A stretch of DNA of 64,000 bases from Thecamonas trahens ATCC 50062. Lineage: Eukaryota > Protista > Apusomonadida. The stretch covers positions 215,942 to 279,941 of the forward strand of contig NW_013657626.1 of the NCBI RefSeq assembly GCF_000142905.1. Direction: 5' to 3'. The notes beneath the pieces are model-generated. The model saw only the letters and a list, made by a program, of their open reading frames with translations. It did not search any database and was not told where the DNA came from. The position numbers and the translations under genes were made by a program. Positions 42,601 to 51,200 of the stretch are shown here, piece after piece. Numbering within the stretch: position 1 is the first letter of the stretch; each line of letters begins with the position of its first letter.

Positions 42601-45600
42601 GCCGGCACGACGTCTTCTACACTCTCGACTCGCTCGCCTCGGCTGGCGACTCGTTCGGCGACCTCATGATCACCTCGCCCACCTCGGGTCGCATCCCGGT
42701 CGGCAGTCGAGCAAAGGTCACCGTCTCGTTTGCACCGACCCAGCCGCAGGACTTGCGGACCCGGCTCTCGGCCGCCATCCGCGGCGCAGGTCGGGTCTCA
42801 CTCGTCATCTCGGCCTCGGCCGAAGTGCCCTCGCTCTCCATCGAGGAGCCGGCCTTTGACTTTGGACAGGTCTACATCGGCGCCACTACCCGCCTCCCGG
42901 TCACACTCGCCAACACCGGCCGCATTCCGGCCTCGTGCTACCTCGACCTCTCCGAGGAGCCCGAGTTCACCGTCGACATCCCGGCCGAGTACGTCGACAT
43001 GCTCGACGCCACCGGCGATGCCCCGATCATGATGGTGGCAGACATTGCCGGCCCTGCAGGCTCGGTCTTTGATCAGGAGACGCTCGCCAACACCATCGGC
43101 GCCCTCGCCTCCAACATATACAAGCTCACGCTCGAGCCCGGCACCAAGCTCTCATTTGAGCTCGTCTTTAGGCCCATCGACCCGTTCGAGCTCGCCTTTC
43201 AGCTCCCTTTGCGCATGATCTCCATCGAAGATGCTGGCGACCTGCGTCGGGTTGTCACCGCCACCGCTCTCCGTGCCCCACTCGACGTCTCAGAGACTAA
43301 CTATGACTTTGGCGAGGTGGTTATCCTCAAGCCCGGTGCCCTTCCGTACACTCACACCCTCGTCCTTACCAACCAGGACTCGCGTGGCTTCCGCTGGTCG
43401 TTCGAGTTGAGTCACGACCTGCTCGCTGACGATACCTTTGTCCTCGAGCCGACCGAGGGCCACCTCAACCCGGGCCAGCGGGCCTCGGTGCGGGTATCCT
43501 TCACCCCACTCGCCTCGACCGCCTACCTCCTCACCCTGCCCATCACCATCGACGGCGGCGAGGCCGGCCTCCGCACCATGACCATCACCACCCGTGGCCG
43601 CGGCGTCTACCCAAACCTCACCTTTTTGCCCGCCACCCTTCACCTCCCGGTCGTCCCGCTCGGCTTTACCTCGCGGGCCTCGGTCACCATCTCGGGCCAG
43701 GGCTACGACGCGCTCGACTTGGTCTACGAGCTCCCGCTCGACTCGCGCTCGCTTCCATTGGCGGTTGAGTTTCCTGGCGCCACAGCTCTGACCCGCGACG
43801 CGTCGTCGACCACCATCGAGGTCACGTTTTCGGCGTCGTCGGCTATGGCCTTTGCCACCACCATCGACTTTATCGACTCGGATGGCGTCCGCTTCCCACT
43901 TCACGTCACTGGCATCACCGACAACTGCTTCCTCACACTCTTCCCGTTTGTGGCACCGGTCCGCAGTGACTTTGCCTTTGTCGAGGGCTCTGCCGCCTCC
44001 CCGCCGCGCCCACCCCTGTCGCGATCCGGCCGCTCGTCTACCGGCGACTCGGCGCCGCTCTCGCCCGGCCCAGCCTCGGTTCTTCCGCTCGACCTTCAGC
44101 AGCCGCTCGAGCTCGGTGGCTCCGAAGGCGCAGCCGGCAAGACCATCTACCTCCGGCTCGCCACGCTCACCGACCGACAGGTCTTTGAAAACCGCATGGC
44201 GCTCCTCCCGCAGTATCTCTCGCGCTCGGCCTCGATCCTAGAGTCGGGCCGGGTTGGTCTCTCTGGCGGCGGCGGGTCGGGCCTCGTCATGGCCGGCGGA
44301 CCAGCATCTGGCGGCCCTGTCGTCTCGTTCCAGCTCGACGACCGCGGCTCGCCGGACGGCCGCGGCTCGTCGTTGGCCGATGTTGAGGGTGTCGACTCGC
44401 CGCTCGGCGCCCTGCTGCGACAGGCCGCTGACGTGATCTGCACCTGGCTCTCGGCGCGGATTCTTCCGCTGCCCATCAAGAACTTTCCCGACGACGCTGT
44501 CCGCGAAGACGGTCGACCCATTGCCGCCGCCTTTAAGGCGTTGACCGGGAAAAAGCTGCCCGGACGGGTTGGCAAGCGCTCGGCAGCCAACAAGGTTGAC
44601 TATGCGCACAAGCTCTTCCGGCAGTATGCTAACCTGACAAGGATCATCCGCGCTGCTGGCGGTCTCCTTACCCAGGTCGAGCCAGAAGACTTTCTCACCC
44701 TCGCCGAGTGCGACCGGGTGCGGACGGCAGCGCTCAAGAAGGCGGATCCGGAGATCTCGCAGGAGACCATTTACGCCGAGCGCGACTTGCTGGAGCGGGC
44801 TTATCCGTTCCGCTCGCTTGCGGCGTGGACCTACACCACACTGCAGATGATCCGCTGCTACGTCCTCCCGCGCGTCACCCTTGACTCCTGGGTCGAGCGC
44901 ATAGTCGCTCTCCAGTCGCCACCCACCGATCTTGCCTACATGGCAGACCTCACCGACGACGAGGCCCTCGAGTTTGGCCTTCCTGCTTCAAGCCGCAAGG
45001 CCACGAAGAGGGGAAGGAGCGCGGCTCCCACGGGTCGTCGCGACGGCCCGCCTGAGCCGAGCAAGCCCGGGCAGAAGGCTCGCAAAGCTGGGCGGGCGGG
45101 TAGGCGGGGACCTGGCCGCAGTGGCCGTCGCAGCGGCGTCACACCCGGCGGCGGAAGCAGCGGCGGAGGCAGCGGGGCACCGACCGGACCATCGTACAAT
45201 GGTGTGCCGTACGCAACGGTCCTCGCATCGCGTAAGCTAACCGAAGCCTCGCTCGATGCATCGAACGTGTACTCGCGGTCAGAGATGCTCCTCCTCGAGT
45301 GGGCGTCAGTCTGTTACGAGTTGGTGTACCCGACATCTGCGCGACCGCTGCTCAACTTTGACATTGACTTTGCCGACGGCGTGGTGCTCGCCGCCATTCT
45401 GGTGGTGTACATTCCGCAGCTCTCGTCGTCGTGGCTCTCGTCGATTTATCAGGAGACCGGGACGAGCCACCACATCGAGTCGAACGCGGAAAAGGTGCTG
45501 AACGCGTTCCGCGAGGCCTCACTCGATTTCCCGCTCGACGAAGGCGACATTGTGGCGCCGGATCCGATCAACATCATGCTCCTCCTTGCGTACCTGTACG

Positions 45601-48600
45601 AGGTCCTACCGGCGTACCAGCCGCTGGCCAAGATCAAGTTTTCAGGCGCGTTGCACGAGGAGCTTTCCAAGGCAGTCGTGCTCCGCAATCCATCGTCGAC
45701 GGCGGCGATCATCTACTCGATCTGGCTCACGGGCTCGTCCGACTTTTACGTCAAGCAGTCGTCGATCCGGCTTGAGCCGAGCGAGACTGCCTCGCTCCCG
45801 GTCTTTTTCGAGTCTAAGTTCTCCGCAGTTCGGCGCGGCAGGCTCACACTCATTGCCAAAAAGGCAGGCGCGGCACAGGGTTCGATTTTGGCCTTTGAAC
45901 TCGAGTCGGACATCAACGACCTCAAGCCGGTCGAGGTCATGTACGTCACGTCGCGGTGCTACGAGAACGAGACGGTCAAGATCACGTTTGAGAACACATC
46001 GCCGTTCAACGCGCAGTTTGCGCTTAGTCTCAGCCAGTCGATGGTGACTCCGATCCTGCGGCCCGAGTCGGAGGCTGCGCGGGCGCCGAGCCGATCGCCG
46101 GTCCCAGCATCAGCGGTGCCTGCCGCAGACGTGGATGCATACCTAGCCGACATTGACGTCCTTCGGTCGTCCGCAGCCGGTTCGCAGGTAGGCGGCGGTG
46201 GCGGCGGCGGCGTTGCTAGTGCGCTCGAGCGCAACGACGTGTCGGGTGTACTCGGCTTTCCGGCGGATCCGTTCTGGTGCCGGCTGGCAGCCGAGCTGGC
46301 CGGCGTGGGCGTGCTCGAGCTCGCGCCTTCGGAGAAGGTGACGATTCCGATCGAGTTCCTCCCGTTCCTGGAGGGCGAGTACGTGTGCCGACTGCAGTTT
46401 GTAGACGAACGAGCCGGCGAGTTTGTGTACGAGGTGCGCGGGCGGGCAATGCTGCCGCAGCCGATTGATGTGCGGCGATGGAGCACGCAGGTCAAGACAC
46501 CGCTCTCAAAGACTTTTGTGGTTCACGAGAAGAACCCGGGGCTTGAACGGGCCAAGGGCGTGGTACTGGAGCGACTGCGGCTGGTTGGATCTGACATGAA
46601 CGTGCTGCGCGCTGTGACAATGGCGATGCGGGCACCGATGCCGCGCCGGCAATACGCGGTGACGTATGTGATGCCCAAGGTGAAGGGCGCAGAGCGTGCA
46701 CTGGCGGGCCCGGACGTGGTTTGGGTTGACTCGAGCGGGAGTGGGGCGAGCGGGCGGAACTCGGACGGCGGCATGGGCCTTGGCGAGTCACTGACACTTG
46801 TGTACGCGCCTACGGAGCAGGGTATCATCCGCGCGCGGCTGCTGCTGCGGTCGATGTTTGACGTGCGGGTCTACGATTTCGAGGGCAGCGCGACAGCGCC
46901 CCCAGAGCGAGCAAGTCTGCAGCTTTCGACACCTGCGCGGACGACGCTTGTGCAGCCAATTCCGCTTGTGCGGAACGAGGGTGACAACCCGATCAACGTG
47001 CGGGCTGTGCTCTCCGGACCGCACTTTCGTGGACCGACGATGGTGGTTATTCCTGCGGGCGAGGCAGCCGAGTACGAGCTCACGTTCTCACCGCCGGTCG
47101 AGTGCGCGGTGTCGGGCAAGCTTGTGCTGACCAACACCGAGACCTCGCTGTCGTCGATCTACATGCTGGAGGGCGAGGGCACGTCGCCGCTGGCCGAAGA
47201 TCATCTTGTGGTACAGGTCCAGGCCCGCAAGACGACGGGTGTCTCGTTCCCGCTGGCCAACACAATGTCGCGGAGCTCGATCAGTGTCACCGCTGAGACT
47301 GACCTCGCATTCGCGAGCGGACCGGCGAGTGTGTCGCTCGAGCCGGGCGCGAGAACGCAGTACGAGCTGGTCATTGCGCCGACGCGGTCGGGCAAGACGC
47401 TCGGACAGGTGACGTTCAGCTACCCGGACGGGTCGTATGTGTGGTACACCATCGAAGTGGAGGCTTCGCCGCCCGACTGTGAGGGCTTGCTGGAAGCGTC
47501 TGCAGAGTTGCGGAGCCGGACGACGCTCCGGGTCCAGCTGAAGAACGTGCTTGGACAAGATGCGACGTTCAGCGTGACGTACAAGGGCCACGGGCTCTCG
47601 GGTCCGAGCGAGTTCCGGGTGGGCGCTCAGAGCAAGGGAGAGTACCTGCTCCAGTTTGTGCCGCTGAAAGAGGGCAAGCATGCCGGAGAAGTGACGTTCA
47701 CGCACGAGGAGCTCGGCGAGTACACGTACGTGTTGGAGCTGGAGGGTAAGCCAGTGAAGGCGGTGGCGCTCGAGCCGCTGTCGTGCGAGGTAGGCAAGGT
47801 GGCACGGACGTCGCTGACTCTGAGGTCGCCGCTACGTGTGCAGGTCATGCTCATGATATCCAACTCGAACCCACACAACTTCCGGCTCGAGCCGGAGATG
47901 GTGGTGCTGAGCCCTCTGACGCCAACGCAGGTGTACGTCGAGTACCATCCGTCTGCGATCGGGCAGGCGCAGACTGCGACGATCAAGCTCTCCCACCCGG
48001 AGACTGGCTCGTGGGTGTTTGAGGCAAGGGGGACCGGGTCGCCCCCAACCAAGATGGACGCTGTGACGGTGACTGAGCGAATCCGGTTCCACAACTCGTC
48101 GCAGCTCAACTTTGTCAATCCGTTTGAGCACGAGCTGCGCGTGAGCGTGGCGCTTGTGACGCCCGAAGATGTGGCAGCGGCAGAAGTAGCGGCGTCGGCG
48201 GCGGCGGCGCGGGCCGCTGCCGAAGCCGCGGAGCGGGAGGCGCTCAACTCTGCCGGGTCTGCGGTGCGAATGCTTGCCGGCCGAGGTGGGACGCGTGCGG
48301 CGCAGCGGCAGGCGTCACTGCGGAGCCGGGCTGGGACATCGCTGACGGTCCGGGCCGGGACATCGCTCTCGCGAGTCGGGTCGTCCATGTCGCTCCTGCG
48401 TGGGACCGGGAGCGCGCGCGGGTCGGACCATGGCGGCGCGAGCGAGTCTGAGCCGAGCGGCGACGAAGTGGCCGGAGCAAGCAAGCGGGTTTGGGCGTTG
48501 CCACAGCCGGGCAACTTTACGCTCCCCGGCTTTGGGGTCCTCCGGATCCCGTACACCTTTTCGCCGACGGAGATGCGGACGTACGAGGCCGAGCTTGTGG

Positions 48601-49598
48601 TGCGTGCCGAGCCCAAGACTCGAGGAGAGGCCGGCGGCAAGCCGATCGAGTGGGTGTACCCGCTGCGCGGGATTGCCGAGGCGCCTGTGGCGTCCGAGGT
48701 GTACGAGCTCCGTGCACGATCACGGGAGAAGGCAGATGAGATCTTTGACTTTTACGCGACCGGCCTGGGAGCGTTTGACGGGCTCGAGTCGTTCTGGCAC
48801 GTGCTCAATGTGCCTGTGGAGCACGAGGCGGCGGTCCGGGCGTCGCTCACGGTCACGCCTGTGGTGAACACGCTGCGGCGGTCGACAGAGCCGCTGCGGT
48901 TCCGGTTCGAGTTTGAGCCGTCGCTACCGTTTGAGACTGACGTGCAGTTCCTTGTTCACAAGAAGAGCGGCGGGCTGTGGCGGTACACGCTGCACCTGAC
49001 CGCGGACGAGCCGGACGTGGACGACGTGTTCTCAATGGATGCTATTCTGCACAAGACAACGGCGATTGCGTTCCGCCAGGCCAACTACACGGCGGCCGAG
49101 TCTGCGCCGTTTACAGCGTATTTTACGCCCGAGTCGTCGTTTGACTTTACGGTGGAGCCGTCGGAGGGTGAGCTGCCTCCAGCGTCAGGCGAGAACGCCG
49201 GTGGTGAGGGCGGACAGCGGTTTGTGGTCTACTGCCAGCCATCCTCCTACGGGAGGGTCCAGCGTGGGTGGCTAGTCATCAAGACCGCAGCGTATCAGTG
49301 GACGTACGAGATCAACGGGCAGCCGCCCGAGTACGTCCCTCCGTCCGACTCGACGCGGCGAGTCCCGCTCGACAACAAGATCTCGCCGCAAATGCGAAAG
49401 TCTCTGCTCGCGCGCAAGTCGCAGAAGAAGAACTTTATGCGTGCCAATGTGGCGCGGATCCGCGGACTCGCCTCGGCCAACGAGGCGCAGGCGCGCGAAG
49501 AGCGTGCGCGCGAGGCTCGCGAAGAGCGGCGGCGCGAGGCTGCGCGGGCGCGGACGGCCGAGGTTGCGTTCGGCGCGCCGGAGTCGCGGCGGGCTTGA
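39639..49598 (+). CDS. CFAP47: Cilia- and flagella-associated protein 47-like (tandem ASH/PapD-like Ig domains plus calponin-homology domain), about 3319 aa, intronless
   Basis: Many DFG-x-V...L-x-N-x-G ASH repeats; CH-like segment SNVYSRSEMLLLEW...NFDIDFADGVVLA...PDPINIMLLLAYLYEVLP; C-terminal WTYEINGQPPEYVPP. Start could be the later ATG (MPARAEAN). Confidence 0.85.
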   Translation: MPLTFAPSARSSSSSSHHRRARLSPARPAPATPTPLRKTTSGGRRRGGGGRSLALDGPTHAPPSSSASATRGPGTGLAAGDGVRAMPARAEANHGDAFPIAVAPDEVVFPDVAPDTLYIFNLRLQNVGPDTVRVCLAPPASAKFSFADGAVTSFSLAPGLSHYLDLQFRAEETTADVHDAVRVSLACGDALIPVRALIPRPVLGLSALAVDFGTLPPAVPATRTVTLTNSGAMDGQFRLALPEPGTPDAEAAQPFSITPSRGVVSAGGSLALRVAFKGPSVGVFRAVLPLHCIDPGSRLPVVSSLEVTASVVKQALTLYTANGAAVLDVVDFGAMYYGQSRVVSGLLTNNGPLPVSFAVIFGKDRGGATSVMTTASDLVKHGGARAGLTESAQDAEKFIMTLEPSRGTLAPGQSLTMTCTFAPPATGATAAAGASLAADAPSPSLYFKVPYFIEMVETGAKTKVTLKGEAHVPSLAFSATIFQFGPCPINSHLDMEFTVKNTNEELPATVAFGKLAHFAVSARKLTLLPLQTKSLLLRFAPKQYGEFSGLLTIRACAGTYSRTLSVSGLCTTAARLPPALAALPPSAPHLVHPDDYARALNRQPSASSRRTKPAPPPSALVDKRFSYDEATAARIAAAKSTYNGYLKESAAARVAATKARDRRRSVDFLNGVDLGMVPGSGLEEPQLALPPAREKLYLEHVPGDSDAVSYLKNLKLHSGDEFIATKFPAEAAHPAQKKECTSVLSTAELRDIVRGPAFIDFGTVSVFSANAKSFNVTNNLDQAVSVAVFATEHEELSASTAKPQVIPPGATAGFDIRYTSLVPQKFNRMIQYMVNGHHAFSFSVKAESIATRLALSHSFLEFHFPPDVIEPRVTEVITMTNPGNAPAEFRWTPVNTIESSSPVFDIVPLTGAVPPASSLNCHITYTPDASPEDVTIFKLSVKGGSELSLTCRGAIGVGKASFSTDAVDFGVVSVGMVDEATVYLLNVGRHDVFYTLDSLASAGDSFGDLMITSPTSGRIPVGSRAKVTVSFAPTQPQDLRTRLSAAIRGAGRVSLVISASAEVPSLSIEEPAFDFGQVYIGATTRLPVTLANTGRIPASCYLDLSEEPEFTVDIPAEYVDMLDATGDAPIMMVADIAGPAGSVFDQETLANTIGALASNIYKLTLEPGTKLSFELVFRPIDPFELAFQLPLRMISIEDAGDLRRVVTATALRAPLDVSETNYDFGEVVILKPGALPYTHTLVLTNQDSRGFRWSFELSHDLLADDTFVLEPTEGHLNPGQRASVRVSFTPLASTAYLLTLPITIDGGEAGLRTMTITTRGRGVYPNLTFLPATLHLPVVPLGFTSRASVTISGQGYDALDLVYELPLDSRSLPLAVEFPGATALTRDASSTTIEVTFSASSAMAFATTIDFIDSDGVRFPLHVTGITDNCFLTLFPFVAPVRSDFAFVEGSAASPPRPPLSRSGRSSTGDSAPLSPGPASVLPLDLQQPLELGGSEGAAGKTIYLRLATLTDRQVFENRMALLPQYLSRSASILESGRVGLSGGGGSGLVMAGGPASGGPVVSFQLDDRGSPDGRGSSLADVEGVDSPLGALLRQAADVICTWLSARILPLPIKNFPDDAVREDGRPIAAAFKALTGKKLPGRVGKRSAANKVDYAHKLFRQYANLTRIIRAAGGLLTQVEPEDFLTLAECDRVRTAALKKADPEISQETIYAERDLLERAYPFRSLAAWTYTTLQMIRCYVLPRVTLDSWVERIVALQSPPTDLAYMADLTDDEALEFGLPASSRKATKRGRSAAPTGRRDGPPEPSKPGQKARKAGRAGRRGPGRSGRRSGVTPGGGSSGGGSGAPTGPSYNGVPYATVLASRKLTEASLDASNVYSRSEMLLLEWASVCYELVYPTSARPLLNFDIDFADGVVLAAILVVYIPQLSSSWLSSIYQETGTSHHIESNAEKVLNAFREASLDFPLDEGDIVAPDPINIMLLLAYLYEVLPAYQPLAKIKFSGALHEELSKAVVLRNPSSTAAIIYSIWLTGSSDFYVKQSSIRLEPSETASLPVFFESKFSAVRRGRLTLIAKKAGAAQGSILAFELESDINDLKPVEVMYVTSRCYENETVKITFENTSPFNAQFALSLSQSMVTPILRPESEAARAPSRSPVPASAVPAADVDAYLADIDVLRSSAAGSQVGGGGGGGVASALERNDVSGVLGFPADPFWCRLAAELAGVGVLELAPSEKVTIPIEFLPFLEGEYVCRLQFVDERAGEFVYEVRGRAMLPQPIDVRRWSTQVKTPLSKTFVVHEKNPGLERAKGVVLERLRLVGSDMNVLRAVTMAMRAPMPRRQYAVTYVMPKVKGAERALAGPDVVWVDSSGSGASGRNSDGGMGLGESLTLVYAPTEQGIIRARLLLRSMFDVRVYDFEGSATAPPERASLQLSTPARTTLVQPIPLVRNEGDNPINVRAVLSGPHFRGPTMVVIPAGEAAEYELTFSPPVECAVSGKLVLTNTETSLSSIYMLEGEGTSPLAEDHLVVQVQARKTTGVSFPLANTMSRSSISVTAETDLAFASGPASVSLEPGARTQYELVIAPTRSGKTLGQVTFSYPDGSYVWYTIEVEASPPDCEGLLEASAELRSRTTLRVQLKNVLGQDATFSVTYKGHGLSGPSEFRVGAQSKGEYLLQFVPLKEGKHAGEVTFTHEELGEYTYVLELEGKPVKAVALEPLSCEVGKVARTSLTLRSPLRVQVMLMISNSNPHNFRLEPEMVVLSPLTPTQVYVEYHPSAIGQAQTATIKLSHPETGSWVFEARGTGSPPTKMDAVTVTERIRFHNSSQLNFVNPFEHELRVSVALVTPEDVAAAEVAASAAAARAAAEAAEREALNSAGSAVRMLAGRGGTRAAQRQASLRSRAGTSLTVRAGTSLSRVGSSMSLLRGTGSARGSDHGGASESEPSGDEVAGASKRVWALPQPGNFTLPGFGVLRIPYTFSPTEMRTYEAELVVRAEPKTRGEAGGKPIEWVYPLRGIAEAPVASEVYELRARSREKADEIFDFYATGLGAFDGLESFWHVLNVPVEHEAAVRASLTVTPVVNTLRRSTEPLRFRFEFEPSLPFETDVQFLVHKKSGGLWRYTLHLTADEPDVDDVFSMDAILHKTTAIAFRQANYTAAESAPFTAYFTPESSFDFTVEPSEGELPPASGENAGGEGGQRFVVYCQPSSYGRVQRGWLVIKTAAYQWTYEINGQPPEYVPPSDSTRRVPLDNKISPQMRKSLLARKSQKKNFMRANVARIRGLASANEAQAREERAREAREERRREAARARTAEVAFGAPESRRA

Positions 49599-49706
49599 GC
49601 GGCGGCGGCGTGCGCAGCGCAAGTAAAACATCAGAAAAGTACAGCTGAACCTTCGGTCGCTGACATCATTTACGGTGACGAGGAGGAGTGGACATGGCAA
49701 CGGCCA

Positions 49707-50465
49707 TCACATGATGGCGCACCACCAGTCGGCGTCCTCGCGGGCAGCGCGGAGGCTCTTGGCGCGCTTGGCGGCAGGGGCGCCCGCGTCGTCGTCGGTG
49801 GTAGCAGCGGTGGCGTCGGAGGAGGAGCGCTTGCGCTTGCGCGAGGCCGGTGCCGAGGCGGCAGCAACCGAGTCGGCGTCGTCGCCAGCCTCGACGACCT
49901 TGACCTTCTTCCACTCGTCCTGAGAGTGGTCAGTGCCGACGTAGTGGATGAGAGAGTACCACTCGCCCTTGTCCTCCTTGGTGGCGAGAATCTGGATCTC
50001 GCGCTCGTCAACGACCGAGGCGCGCGGCGAGACCGAGCGCGACTTTGTGGAGCGCTTGGCCTTGCGGCGCGACGACTTGGGCTTGGCCTCGTCGTCCGCG
50101 TCATCAGCAGCAGAATCGGCATCGGCAGCCGACTTCTTGGCCCCGCGGCGCGTGGTCGCCTTTGCACCCGGCGACTTTTTCTTTGATGCCGGCGTCTTCT
50201 TCTTGGACTTTGCGGCAGTGGCCTTTGTCGAGCTCTTTGTCGCGCTGGCGGCCTTTGAGCTCGTTGCCTTTTTCCCAGCCACCGTCTTCTTGCTCGCCGA
50301 CGTCTTCTTGCCCGCACCTGCCTTTCCGGCCTTTGTCGACTTCTTCTTGCTCTTGCTCGTCTTTGTCTTCTTAGGTGAGGCAGGCGGCGGCGAGGCAGCA
50401 GGAGAGGCCGCCGTCGTTGACCGCGATGACCGTGTTGTCCGACTCGAAGTGCGGGTCGAGGGCAT
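49707..50465 (-). CDS. Lys/Ala/Ser-rich (histone H1-like) protein with chromo-barrel/Tudor-knot-like domain, NLS and C-terminal CaaX (CAIM), at least 252 aa
   Basis: KKTKTSKSKKKSTKAGK... tail; ILATKEDKGEWYSLIHYVGTDHSQDEW resembles the MRG15/MOF chromo-barrel Y-x-V-H-Y-x-G-x-x-x-x-x-DEW; RKRKR; ends DADWWCAIM-TGA. A CTGCAG acceptor precedes the ATG, so an upstream exon may lie in the gap. Confidence 0.75.
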   Translation of the reverse strand: MPSTRTSSRTTRSSRSTTAASPAASPPPASPKKTKTSKSKKKSTKAGKAGAGKKTSASKKTVAGKKATSSKAASATKSSTKATAAKSKKKTPASKKKSPGAKATTRRGAKKSAADADSAADDADDEAKPKSSRRKAKRSTKSRSVSPRASVVDEREIQILATKEDKGEWYSLIHYVGTDHSQDEWKKVKVVEAGDDADSVAAASAPASRKRKRSSSDATAATTDDDAGAPAAKRAKSLRAAREDADWWCAIM

Positions 50466-51200
50466 GACTGCAGCAGAGGTGAGTTGGGTGGGGGAGGGGG
50501 GAGNNNNNNNNNNNNNNNNNNNNNNNNNNNNNNNNNNNNNNNNNNNNNNNNNNNNNNNNNNNNNNNNNNNNNNNNNNNNNNNNNNNNNNNNNNNNNNNNN
50601 NNNNNNNNNNNNNNNNNNNNNNNNNNNNNNNNNNNNNNNNNNNNNNNNNNNNNNNNNNNNNNNNNNNNNNNNNNNNNNNNNNNNNNNNNNNNNNNNNNNN
50701 NNNNNNNNNNNNNNNNNNNNNNNNNNNNNNNNNNNNNNNNNNNNNNNNNNNNNNNNNNNNNNNNNNNNNNNNNNNNNNNNNNNNNNNNNNNNNNNNNNNN
50801 NNNNNNNNNNNNNNNNNNNNNNNNNNNNNNNNNNNNNNNNNNNNNNNNNNNNNNNNNNNNNNNNNNNNNNNNNNNNNNNNNNNNNNNNNNNNNNNNNNNN
50901 NNNNNNNNNNNNNNNNNNNNNNNNNNNNNNNNNNNNNNNNNNNNNNNNNNNNNNNNNNNNNNNNNNNNNNNNNNNNNNNNNNNNNNGGGGGGGGGGGCGG
51001 ATTGGGTGGATTTGGTGGTATTGGCGGCGAGTGTGATGGGCATTGATGGGCATTGGTGGTGGTCGTGGTCGTCGTGGTCGTCGTGGTGACCATCGCCGGA
51101 TTACGGATTGCCCCTGTTGTCCTCCGCATCGTCCCCTGCCCCCACATCCCTGTCCTCCCCGCGCGCAGCCCCAGCGCCCACCCACTCCTCCAAGCACGAC

